A stretch of 64,000 nt of DNA from Squalus acanthias (Eukaryota): contig CM059432.1 in assembly GCA_030390025.1 (NCBI GenBank), positions 70,744,001-70,808,000 on the forward strand, written 5' to 3'. This document shows positions 35,611 to 47,622 of this stretch, in pieces. The position numbers and the translations under genes are program-made. The notes under the pieces were generated by a model. That model was not told the DNA's origin. It saw only the letters and a list, made by a program, of their open reading frames with translations, and did not search any database. Each line of letters opens with the position of its first letter. Positions within the stretch are counted from its first letter, which is position 1.

Positions 35611-37787
35611 ATTTCCAACAGTTTCAGTTTTTGCTTTGTATTCAATTATTTTAGCCTGTTTGAATTTCAATGTAAAGCCATTGTATCACATTGCAAGGTT
35701 GCTAATAGCTAACCAATAAAATAGATTGTAACACATCTTGTGTAACACATCTTGCTAGCTACTTCATTAGAATATAGTTTACTAAATTTAAAGCTCCTCT
35801 TGTCAAATGGTTCGCAGGGTTTGACCAGCTAGCTAAATCATGATCACTTAGACTGTACAAACTATTGTATGACTGCTGAATGTCTGCCACTGAAGTAATA
35901 TGTTAAAATCTTGTCTAAACAAATTACAACACTAATTTGCTGTGTGTAGTACAAGAAGACAAACAGCATTCATTACCCCAAAATACAATTTCATTCCTGC
36001 CAGTGAGTGAACTATAAGAAAAATCCAAATTAAATTCAGATAGGCATGTTAGACCGTTTTTCTTAAGTACGAATATACCTCGGAGGTACATTTTTCAAAA
36101 GGAAACTTTAAGTACAATTGCTATCAGTTGCAAAATAGATCTTTGGGGTTTTAATTTTTTTTTTATAATTGAGGTTTAGTCTAGCAAAAGATAGCAACTT
36201 CATACAGTCTGCATTTATCAATGAAGCAATAAATTCAAGCACACTACAAATAATGCAGGCATGAAAGTGAACATCAGTAATATGATGCAGAAAAGCAAAG
36301 ATCAACTGAAACCTCTGAGGAAATCAATCCAAAGCAGTTGTCAAAATTTCAAATTTGGAGTAGACCAATTCTGTAAGAATGATGGAGGAAATAGTTCTCT
36401 TATAATGGCAAATTGTTTTTCAAAGCAGCAAGTATCAAAAAGTAAAATACACTAAATAGCCTAAAATATTTAGCTAAATATATTGGCTAAATTGCTATAA
36501 TTATTAAAATTCAAAATAAATCAAGGAGAATTTGCATAATTTATTATAAGCGAATAAAGATTTTACGAAAACTTCATTTATTTACCATTAGTTTCTACAA
36601 GTTGATTCTCTGCCTCTCTTAAGGCTGTGCTTTATTTTGGAAACTTAGCTCTTTCACTTGTATTGTTTTAAAACAAGAATTAATTAAATTTGTGTTGAGG
36701 ATATGTTCCAAATTTGTTAGCCAAAACCAGTAATCTAATGGAGATGAATTTGTACCGTCTTAGAAGATGAATATGCATTATAAGCTACTTTTGTGGATTT
36801 TATTCAGATGTGTCTGATATTCAAAAGTTTTGTTAATATAATCCATAATCTTTATTAATGCTGCTCAGAGAATTTAAAAGAAAACCAACACAATCACTTT
36901 TCAAGTTGGAAAGCAGAACTCGTGCAGGATTTGTATTGCTACACCATTGCAAAGGAATTAAAAACAATCATCTCCAGAGTTTTTAAAGGAACTGTATTGA
37001 ATTTGATGGCATGTTTAACCTTTACAAGTTTTCACCAAGTAGTTTCAGTTTGAAGGTAATCTAATTTGTTCATTAACCTATTCTCAGTAATTTTTTAGTA
37101 GCAATTTAAAAAAAAAAAAAATCATTGTAGGTCCTTGGTGCACAGATATGCCCAAAGTTCAAAAGGTACTTGATGTTCAAACTTTAAAAAAAATGCAAAT
37201 ATGGACCACCATTCCATACAAGACCCCCAAATGATCTAAGAAGTGGAACTCTGCAAAATCATTAAACAAAGCAGCAATAAAATTATTTTAAAAATTGAAT
37301 CCAGGTTGCTTATAACTTTAAAAAAAAGATATAAAGCACTGTGAATGTTGCAGTCACTCTGATAACTAAATCTGAAAGATTGCCTTTTAATGTCAGCACA
37401 GCCTCAAAATTCGAACTATAAAGAACCATTCCGGTCATGGAGTTGGGTGCAGTGCTACGGTGTATGAATTCTTACTGTAAACCTCGACTTGTCAGTTTGA
37501 GTCTATTAGTGGTGGCTTAGTCTCAAATCTGCTTACTAACGTGTAATGAAATATTATAGATTAACTGCTCAATAGGATGTTCCCATCATGAACAAAAGTA
37601 AGACAGTCCTGTGCTGTCCATCTTTCCCTGGTTTTGCTTGCCTCCTGTGGCTAGTCACAAAGCAGCACAGACATTAGAAGCCATTAAGGAGTCTATAGTC
37701 CAATTCCTTAATGTTCCATCTGGACAACTGGCATCGCATAGGAAAATATTTGTAAAAGGAAGTGGGTAAGAAAGAAATTCTTACTGT

Positions 37788-39051
37788 CTACTGAAAAGCC
37801 TGATGAAAACGTGGTAGGGTTGTTGTGCTTAAGCTAGTTGTAAAGACTGTAGATAAGGGATGCAGAGCATTGAGACCAATACTGTTGCCAGTTTCATGCG
37901 AATCCTGGCACTGTGGTGGGAGAGGAATTGGGGATGCGTGAGGTTCCTCCTGTGTATAACACATTCCAGGATTGCCCAAAGAAACTGGTTGATTGTATGG
38001 AGGGCCATTTAGCGGCAAGAAACTTAACAACTGAGAAAAGTCCAAGGATGATGTATTCAGAGGTTCACTGAGGACTGTTGGACTTTTTGAAAGCAAAATA
38101 TCCCCAGATCCATCACCCAGAGACCCTGCCTGGGACTCTAAGCCTAGTTTTGATGAGGATGATTGAGTGTCATGGGCGGAGGGAAGCAAATCACTTTGTA
38201 AATCCAATAAGTAACTGTCTATCTCACTCTTTAATGGTTGTCCTTTTTCAGGCATTGCAATGGCATATGAGGTAGAACCAAGAAAATATTTTGACGTGAG
38301 TTCTTGAGGAGAGCGAATTGAAGACTCAATTTCTAGTGGGCAACCCATTCCTAAAGGTAATGGAGTAGAGACCATTTGGTTTGTTGACCCTAATGTTTGC
38401 ATGGTCTGAATATGGGCACTGTAGATATTCATTTGCAAAGTATTTGTAAATGGCCTAGTTGTCAGTTCACTGGAAACCATTGACATCACTGGACTTAGCT
38501 CATCTTTTAATGACAATGATGGATTCGAGCTAAATAGATCCATAAAGTCTGGTGGTTCAGTTTTCACCTTTAGCAGCTCCTGTGAATGACTTTTCTTCAT
38601 GTGGCGGGTTAAATGGTCCTTCCGACCAAATCTCTGAGCACAGTACTGACAAAGGAAGTCTTTCCTTCCGGTGTGTACTACCATATGTCTCCGTACATCC
38701 TTACGAGTATAGAAACAACGGTCACAGTGGTCACACTGGTGTTTTTTTTCCTTTGTGCCGCTTGATGACTTGCCAGCATGTGTCTTCAGGTGCTCCAGTA
38801 ACACTCCTGTGCTTTCAAATGTTTGTAAGCACACTTTACAGGTAAGGTCACCACTAGTTGCAGCATGCAGAGCCAGATGACGCTTATAACCAAGCTTTGT
38901 ATTGTAGTTTTTCCCACATTCCTCACACTTGAAGGCTTCCTTGTTTGGATCATGAGTCTGAAGATGGTTCTTTAGATGATCTTTACGATGGAACATTTTC
39001 TCACAGTAAGTACACTTGTGGGTCTTCTGAGGTGAATGGGTGGCCATATGC
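37788..39051 (-). CDS. PLAG1: PLAG1 last coding exon (zinc fingers 2-7 and transactivation domain)
   Basis: Acceptor TTATTCAAG|G at 39052; R-HMATHSPQKTHKC...; C2H2 fingers; SUMO-consensus VKTE/LKDE/LKSE; C-terminus TTLPRFHQAFQ*. Joins 53356-53597 in frame: 242+1264 nt = 501 aa plus stop. Confidence 0.97.
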
Positions 39052-40565
39052 CTTGAATAAATACAAGTTGTTATTCATACTGGAAAACTCATTTAAAGAT
39101 CTGCACAAAAGTAGTGTACCGGGCCTCCTTGTTTGCAGGTAGGCAATACACATTACAGTATACCCCAAGAAATATAATTAAATTGATCTTTCAAAATAAA
39201 ATCTGGATTATAAATGACTGTATAATTTTGTAACCTTACTTCAGTTTATAAATCTATAAGTGACATAGCTTCAACTTAAATTTAACAATGTATAAACTAA
39301 ATTATAGATCAAAACATAACAGATATAAAAGTTATTTCAATACTAAAAATTAGAAAAAGGATAAACAACAAGGTTTTGGACAGTAAGATAATTTATGAAT
39401 ATTGAATTATATGTAGCAGCACATATAATTGTAGGCTTTGTGAAGATTATACTATGCACATGAAATATATCCCCAAGATGGACAGAAATGTCATGAGGAA
39501 GTAAGTTTATATATTTCTAAAACTTAGTTTACTTTAATAAAATGGATGTATTCAATTACTTAACCAAAATTTGTTGATAGAAATAGTATTTCTGATAATT
39601 CTGACTATATCCAAAGCCAATCATTTCAAATTTAAGAGGAAATTATAAAACATGGACCATTAAAATATTATTAGTGCAGGGTAAAGAACTTTGGTTTATA
39701 AATGAGATAGAGAAATAGCTCAAAAAATGTTTCTAAAAAGGCACCCCTACATTATTGAAGGAAACTGCTGAAACAATATTTCATGATCAAATTGTGATAT
39801 TTGCATCTAAAATAACACCCTCAGAAAAAGAAGTTGAATTAACAAAAAGAGAAACCAATTAGCACTTGGAAAAAAAGATCCTTTTAAGAATGGACTATTT
39901 TGTTGGAGATAAAGATAGTCACCAAATTAAGAAACTGAAAATGGAAGCATCTGTGCCATTAGGGAAGAAAATAATAAAAATGAAATGATCAAAACATTGA
40001 AAGTGTGTGTATAATTTTTTTTAAGAGTTTCCCAGCAAAAAAATTAGCTTTCAAGAACTTTTAAACCTTGCATCTTTAGATACCTTTCAAAAAGAATTTC
40101 TGGTGTTGTGATTCACATTGGCTATATTTATCAAAGCAATCATAATATGGACAAAGAAATTGGTTTTATCATCAGTATTTTATGTACTAATTACAAAACA
40201 GATAGTTTTACTTTCAGGTAAGTGTAATGATGTATTAAATTAATTGTTACAGCAAACTATGGTTTCAGTGCTCAGAAAAAAATACTTGCAAGTTCTAGAC
40301 TAAAATACTGAAATGTTGAATCTTCACAGTGTTGGACATCCTGGAGAGATGTATGTTGGACACCTTGGAGTTAAGGGTTAACAGTCAAACTTCTCAGTAG
40401 GTAAAGGATGTCTTGTTTAAGGGAAGTGGTTCTGAGGTAAACAACTGCAAACTGTTTACGTAGATAGTCTGTTTTCAAAGAATTTGGTAAATAGATGCAT
40501 CATTTTGACATTTTCCTTCAATGTAATCAAAATATGGTGTATAAAGGAGCATGGTTTTCAACAAT

Positions 40566-41920
40566 AATAAAAACAAAATGCTGGAAATACTCAGCAGGTC
40601 AGTCAGCACCTGTGGAGAGAAACAGAGTTAACGTTTCAGGTCGATTACCCTTCGTCAGAACTGGAAAAAGTTGGAGATGGAACAGGTTTTTAAGCAAGTG
40701 TAGGAGCAGGGGGAGGGGAGGAAAGAACAAAAGGGAAGGTCTGTGATAGGATGGAAGGCAGGAGAGATTAAGAGACAAAAGGGATAATGGTGCAGGCAAA
40801 AGGAGATGGTAATGGGACAAGTTAAGAAACAAAAGATGACTCTAGATGAAGTGTAAATGGCAGAATGATCGACCGCTGCCATGTGAGAGAGAGAAAAAAA
40901 CAATATAGGGCAGAGGTTATGGTCTGAAATGTTGAAGTCGATGTTGAGTCCAGAAGACTGTAAAGTGCCTAATCGAAAGATGAGGTGCTGTTCCTCGAGC
41001 TTACGTTGAGCTTCATTGGAACAGTGTAAGAGGCCGAGGACAGAGAGGTCAGAGTGGGAGTGGAGCGGAGAATTAAAGTGACAGGTGACCAGAAGCTCGG
41101 GGTCACCCTTACGGACTGAACGGAGGTGTTCCGCAAAGCGGTCGCCCAATCTGCGTTTGGTCTCCCCAATGTAGAGGAGACTGCATCGTGAGCAGCAAAT
41201 ACAGTATACTAAATTGCAAGAAGTACAAGTAAATCGCTGTTTCACCTGGAAGGAGTGTTTGGGGCCCTGGACAGTGGGAAGGGAGGAGGTAAAAGGACAT
41301 GGTTTGCATCTCCTGTGCTTGTACGTGAAGGTGCCAGGCGAAGGGGAAGGGGTGTTGGGGGTGATTGAGGAGTGGACCAGGGTGTCGCGGAGGGAGCGGT
41401 CCCTTCGGAATGCTGAAAGGGGAGGCGAGGGGAAGATGTGTTTGGTGGTGGGATCACGCTGGAGGTGGCGGAAATGGTGGAGGATGATCCATTGAATGTG
41501 GAGGCTGGTGGGGTGAAAGGTGAGGACAAGGGGAACCCGATCATGGTTCGAGGAGGGAGGGGAAGGGGTGAGAGCAGAAGTGCGGGAAATAGAACGGACA
41601 CGGTCAAGGGCCGTGTCAACCACAGTAGAGGGGAATCCTCGGTTGAGGAAAAAGGAAGACATGTCGGAAGCACTGGTATGGAAGGTGGCATCATCAGAGC
41701 AGATGTGGCGGAGACGGAGAAACTGGGAGAATGGAATAGAGTCCTTACAGGAAGTGGGGTGGGAGGAAATGTAGTCCAGGTAGCTGTGGGAGTCAGTGGG
41801 CTTATAGTGAATGTTTGTCAATAGCCTATCCCCAGAGATGGAGACAGAGAAGTCGAGGAAGGGGAGGGAAGAGTTGGAGATGGACCATGTGAAGGTGAGG
41901 GAAAGGTGGAAATTGGAAGC
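40566..41920 (-). mobile_element. 5'-truncated Penelope-like element (RT C-terminus and GIY-YIG) inserted in the 5' LTR
   Basis: 14-bp TSD TGGTTTTCAACAAT at 40552-40565 and 41921-41934. ORF with YKPTD, NLVYCICCSRCSLLYIGETKRRLGDRFAEH, GLN. Confidence 0.93.
40626..40662 (-). ncRNA. Minimal hammerhead ribozyme motif
   Basis: AGTT-CTGACGA-A-GGGT(AATCG)ACCT-GAA-ACGT-T-AACT on the minus strand. Confidence 0.7.
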
Positions 41921-42412
41921 TGGTTTTCAACAATTTGTCAGTGTGCTTGAAAGATACAGAAGCCAGTAAAGTCACTCTCTGTATACAGTTAAAGGCTGAT
42001 CACCTTTACTGTGCATCAATAAAGTCTGTTCCGTATACTCCACTACGAAGTCTCGTGCTTACTCGAAATGGGTTGTTGTGAACCAGAGGAGAAAGGAGGT
42101 TGCTTAATATTTGGTGCCATGAACTCGTCCAATGAATACGTGGACGGCGAGTATGAATTAATATCGATAGTGGGTATAACTAGCTCCTGGGAATTGTGAT
42201 CTAGGGAATAGATTGGAATCAGACAGTTTCTCGACCAAGTTGGTCCCTTTGAAAATTTCTGACTGGATTAAAAGGGGGACCTTACAATTGTTCCAAGGAA
42301 TTTTAAACGGGTACCGGGAGGAGATTGAGCAGGCACTGGAGAATATGTAATAACAACAGAAAACGCTGGAAAAACTCAGCAGGCCAGGCAGCATCTGTGG
42401 AGAGAGAAACAG

Positions 42413-42449
42413 AGTTAACGTTTCAGGTCGAAGACCTTTCGTCAGAACT
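42413..42449 (-). ncRNA. Minimal hammerhead ribozyme motif
   Basis: AGTT-CTGACGA-A-AGGTC(TTC)GACCT-GAA-ACGT-T-AACT on the minus strand. Confidence 0.75.
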
Positions 42450-45248
42450 GGAAAAAAGCAGGAAATGGAATAGATTTTAAAGCAAGTTTAGGGGCTGGGA
42501 AAAGGGGGAGGGGATGAAAGAACAAAAGGGAAGGTCAGTGATAGGATAGAAAGCAGGAGAGATTAAGACACATTGAGAGATATTCAAGGCAAGAGGACGT
42601 GGTAATGGGACAGGTTAAGGAACAAAGGATGGCTCTAGATGAAGTGTGAATTGCGCTGGCAGAATGAAGGACAGCTGCCATGTGGGAGGGAAGAAAAAGA
42701 GGCCAAACAAAAGTGTGGATAAAAAAATTATATGTATGTGATAGGGGCCGAGGTTATGATCTGAAATTGTTGAACTCTACGTTGAGTCCAGAGGGCTGTA
42801 GAGTGCCTAATCGAAAGATGAGGTGCTGTTCCTCGAGCTTACGCTGAGCTTCCGTGGAACAATGCAAGAGGCCGAGGACGAGGACAGTGAGGTCTGAGTG
42901 GGAATGGAGCAGTGAATTAAAGTGACAGGCCACCGGGAGCTCGGGGTCCCACTTACGGACTGAACGGAGGTGTTCCGCAAAGCGGTCTCCCCAATGTAGA
43001 GGAGACTACATCGTGAGCAGCGAATACAGTATACTAAATTGCAAGAAGTACAAGTAAATCGCTGTTTCACCTAGAAGGGGTGTTTGGGGCCCTGGACAGT
43101 GGGAAGGGGGGAGGTATAAGGGCATGTGCTGCAACCTACCTACCTCCCTCTGAACTTGCAGCACTCCATTCTCTCAGAACCAACCCCGACATTGTCATTA
43201 AACCTGCTGACAAGGGTGGTGCTGTTGTTATTTGGCGAACCGACCTCTACCTAGCGGAAGCTGAACGCCAACTCTCCGACACCTCCTCTTACCTCCACCT
43301 GGACCATGACCCCACTACCGAATATCAAGCCACCGTTTCCAAGACTGTCACTGACCTCATCTCCTCTGGAGATCGTCCCCCCACGGCCGCCAACCTCATA
43401 GTTCCCCAACCCCACACAGCCCGCTTCTACCTCCTTCCCAAGATCCACAAACAGGACTGCCCTGGTAGACCAATCGTTTCAGCCTGTTCTTGCCCCACGG
43501 AACTTATCTCTTCCTATCTTGACTCTTTTTTTCTCCCCTTGTCCAGTCTCTTCCCACCCACATCCACGACTCTTCCGACGCCACTTTAACAGTTTCCAGT
43601 TCCCAACCGCCTCCTTTTCACTATGGACGTACAATCCCTCTACACCTCCATCCCCCACCAGGATGGCCTGAGGGCGCTCCGCTTCTCCCTTGAACAGAGG
43701 CCCAACCAGTCCCCATCCACCACCACCCTCCTCCGCCTGGCTGAACTTGTTCTCACATTGAATAACTTCTCCTTTGACTCCACTCATTTCCTCCAAATCA
43801 AAGGTGTTGCTATGGGTACCCGCATGGGTCCTAGCTATGCCTGCCTTTTCGTGGGATATGTGGAACACTCTTTGTTCCAGTCCTACTCGGGTCCCCTCCC
43901 TCACCTCTTTTTCCAGTACATTGATGACTGTATCGGTGCCGTCTCCTGCTCTCGCCCTGAACTAGAAAATTTCATTCACTTTGCTTCCAATTTCCACCCT
44001 TCCCTCACCTTCACATGGTCCATCTCTGACTTTTCCCTTCCCTTACTCGACTTCTCCATCTCCATCTCTGGGGATAGGTTATTGACAAACATTCACTACA
44101 AGCCCACTGACTCCCACCCCGCCTCCGGTACGGACTCTATTCCATTCTCCCGGTTTCTCCATCTCCGCCGCATCTGCTCTGACGATACCACCTTCCATAT
44201 CAGTGCTTCCGACATGTCTTCCTTTTTCCTCAACCGAGGATTCCCCTCTACTGTGGTTGACACGGCCCTCGACCGTGTCCGTTCTATCTCCCGCACTTCT
44301 GCCCTCACCCCTGCCCCTCCCCCCCGGAACCACGATAAAGTTCCCCTTGTCCTCACCTTTCACCCCACCAGCCTCCACATTCAACGGATCATCCTCCGCC
44401 ATTTCCGCCACCTCCAGCGTGATCCAAACACATCTTCCCCTCACCTCCCCTTTCAGCATTCCGCAGGGACCGCTCCCTCCGTGACACCCAAGTCCACTCC
44501 TCTACCACCCCCAGCACCCCTTCCCCCGGCACCTTCCCGTGCAAGCGCAGGAGATGCAACACATGCCCTTATACCACCCCCACTGTCCAGGGCCCCAAAA
44601 CACCCCTTCCAGGTGAAACAGCGATTTACTTGTACTTCCTGCAATTTAGTATACTGTATTCGCTGCTCACGATGTGGTCTCCTCTACATTGGGGAGACCA
44701 AACGCAGATTGGGTGACCGCTTTGCGGAACACCTCCGTTCAGTCCGTAAGGGGGACCCCGAGCTCCCGGTGGCCTGTCACTTTAATTCACCGCTCCATTC
44801 CCACTCAGACCTTACCGTCCTCGGCCTCTTGCATTGTTCCACGGAAGCTCAGCGTAAGCTCGAGGAACAGCACCTCATCTTTCGATTAGGCACTCTACAG
44901 CCCTCTGGACTCGACGTAGAGTTCAACAATTTCAGATCATAACCTCGGCCCCCATCACATATATATATATTTTTTATCCACACTTTTGTTTGGCCCCTTT
45001 TTTTCTTCCCTCCCACATGGCAGCTGTCCTTCATTCTGCCAGCGCAATTCACACTTCATCTAGAGCCATCCTTTGTTCCTTAACCTGTCCCATTACCACC
45101 TCCTCTTGCCTTGAATATCTCTCAATGTCTCTTAATCTCTCCTGCTTTTTATCCTATCACTGACCTTCCCTTTTGTTCTTTCATCCCCTCCCCTTTTTCC
45201 CAGCCCCTAAACTTGCTTTAAAATCTATTCCATTTCCTGCTGTTTTCC

Positions 45249-45285
45249 AGTTCTGATGAAAGGTCTTCGACCTGAAACGTTAACT
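45249..45285 (+). ncRNA. Minimal hammerhead ribozyme motif
   Basis: AGTT-CTGATGA-A-AGGTC(TTC)GACCT-GAA-ACGT-T-AACT. Confidence 0.75.
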
Positions 45286-45573
45286 CTGTTTCTCTCTCCA
45301 CGGATGCTGCCTGGCCTGCTGAGTTTTTCCAGCGTTTTCTGTTGTTATTTCGGATTTCCAGCATCCGCAGTATTTTGCTATTGTACTGGAGAATATGTGC
45401 CTGCAGAAACAAAATGACAGTAGACACACATTTTTCCTGTTTCAGCAGAAACAAAATGAAATGAGACAGAACATACCTATTGCAAGGGCTTTGTCTGGGA
45501 ATCGGCACTTTGTGGAGAAAGCATGCTCAGACGCAGGCTGAAAATAGGGTCTTGAAGGCAGAAAGAGAGAAAC

Positions 45574-46068
45574 TTGGAGGAGTTTGATGCAGTCAGGGTT
45601 CACGCTGTGCAAGTTACTAATTCCTTCCTGGCTAGTCACGATGCTGTGGTGCCAATGCGTGATGAGAGAGAGGAATTGGAAGATAAAGTACGCAGCTTGG
45701 AAGTTGAGGTGGTCAGACTACAGTTAGAAAAGGCGCTGGAAAAAGTGTGCCGACAGAAACACAAACAAATACAGAAACTGGAACAGAAGCAGAAACAAAA
45801 AGACAGCGGCCTTGGGCTAATGAAAGAACAGTCTGAGGTGTTGCTCATTAATTCGGTGAAGGAAGCCGTGGATGTGAAACTGATGCAGCAACAGTTAAAG
45901 ATGAAAGGAATGGGAGAAGCTTGCTCAGAAGCACTTAAAGATTCTGTAGGAATGGGCTGTCTCAGAATTGATGAGATGTTCAGTGAAAAGATAAAATGTG
46001 AGGGTTATAAGCATGGTCTAAAGGAATGCGGAATGGAAGTTGGAATGTTGAGAGAGGCAGTTATATAG
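45574..46068 (+). pseudogene. Coiled-coil ORF remnant at the gag position of the LTR element
   Basis: Heptad-like E/K/Q/L-rich sequence (REELEDKVRSLEVEVVRLQLEKALEK), about 400 bp after the PBS once the Penelope insertion is removed. Confidence 0.45.
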
Positions 46069-47622
46069 CAGTTCCGAAGGGTGAACTGAGAAAAGGATTG
46101 GGACTCTCGACTGAATATTCAGTGTTCCCTTCACCCTTTAATCTATGTTGTTACACCCCCTCCCATATACCAGAGAAAAGTGTTAAGAACTGTGCAGGAG
46201 GCAACAGGCTTGGGTGAGGATATGGACTGTGAGCTGTAATTTTGAATCAGTACAGAATGGAATTCAGTAGAAAACATCAGAAATAAAAAATTGGTTTAAG
46301 GGAAAAAGGATAAATAGTTGTGATGGAATACAGGAGAAAAGGGGAGCTGATGTCTCTTCTACTGATCTACAGAAGTTTTGTTTTCAGTGTGAATGTTAAT
46401 GTCTTTTTACAAAGCATATGAATGTTACTGTGGCTCCTCCCTCTTTTTCAAGCTGGAATGTGTGTTGAGTTTAAGATATTGGTCTGAATTAAATTTGAGT
46501 TACTGAAGTTAACTTAACTGTTCAATTATGAAAACCAGATTTTTATTGTGGCCACGGTGAAATTCTGATTGTTGTAACTTGTGTGAACGCCTCTAGTTCC
46601 GGACATGAGGCAAATCACATCAATAATTGTTTTTTTTAAATTTCTGACCAATGCTTTGAGGTGACTGTTTATTCATCTTAATGGTACTGGAATGTGTGAC
46701 CAAGGGGAAAAAGGGGGGAATGCTATGTGTATGATAATTAAGTCTGATGTTTTTACTTGCTGAATTGAATTGATCAGAATCTTTGCAAGTTTTAAAGGTA
46801 CAAAGACTTTGCAAAAGTAATAGTTTTTTTATTGGGCAATAGTTTTTAAAATTTACTTGAAAGCTGCGACACAAGCTGACATTGACTGATGATGTCTGGG
46901 TTTGTCTTTTGAAATGAAAAGAAGTCAACTCTCTTCACAAGCAGCCATTTGGTTTTTTTCTGGTGTCAGACTAACTTGGTTTTAATTCACTAAGCAACAA
47001 CTTTTGCATTACTGACTAAACATTTTGGATATTTTTAAATTTTAAGTTTTTTAAAATTTGAGTAGATGTTTTCCCCACACTGACAGAAGGGAATCAGAAA
47101 TTGACAAATGACGAATTAACCCATTGGGCTCGCAGGAAACCCACAATGGATTTTCTGTTTTTTCTTTTAAGCAGAGGGCCATATGAGTATTGATGGTGCA
47201 AGATTACCAAGAGTGGTTCATTGATATAAAATGACTTCAAGGTGTTAGAGCTTGAACTTTGCTGGAAAAGTGCAGTGGGAGCTCCAGTACTCTTCAGAAT
47301 TTAAGCTCTTATCTACAGACATCGATGGATTTTGAATATCGCAGTGTGGTGACAAAATTGGACTTAAGACTTTAGCCTATTGGGATCGTTTGTTATCTTC
47401 CAAGACGCATTGCTCGGGTGAGGGGGAAAGAAGACAAAAGACTTGCATCTCAATGCAATTACAACTGTTTTTGTTTTTTTTGTAAACCATGAAGCCTGGG
47501 CATAATTTATTTGTGAAATTAAAACTGATTAGATAAATTGATGAGTTGCTGTTCAAGCACTTGGGAAGGGAAATTTATCTGAAATCTAAGGGATCATCAA
47601 ATTTTATTTTTGAAAAGGTCCA

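Larger units (their letters stand above)
29100..37787 (-). other. PLAG1: Probable long PLAG1 3' UTR
   Basis: AT-rich, almost repeat-free ~8.7 kb downstream of the stop codon in an otherwise repeat-dense window. Distal AATAAA on the minus strand at 29126-29121, another at 30121-30116. Clustered miRNA seed matches. The true end cannot be determined from sequence. Confidence 0.55.
42349..45384 (+). mobile_element. Penelope-like element (RT-GIY-YIG ~43134-44942) with ~780-bp inverted 5' copy of its 3' end (42349-43133)
   Basis: 14-bp TSD ACTGGAGAATATGT at 42335-42348 and 45385-45398. Motifs IKPADKGG, PKIHK, PGRPIVS, DVQSLYT, GVAMG, YIDD, YIGETKR. Frameshifts near 43530-43620. Confidence 0.95.

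Noticed and set aside
37788..39047. Stand-alone 419-aa zinc-finger gene
   Set aside because: It is the last PLAG1 exon, with an in-frame acceptor at 39052, although this Met could start a short isoform.
43080..43133. N-terminus of the 169-aa ORF as the true Penelope start
   Set aside because: The first residues come from the inverted arm; the element is 5'-truncated at ~43134.
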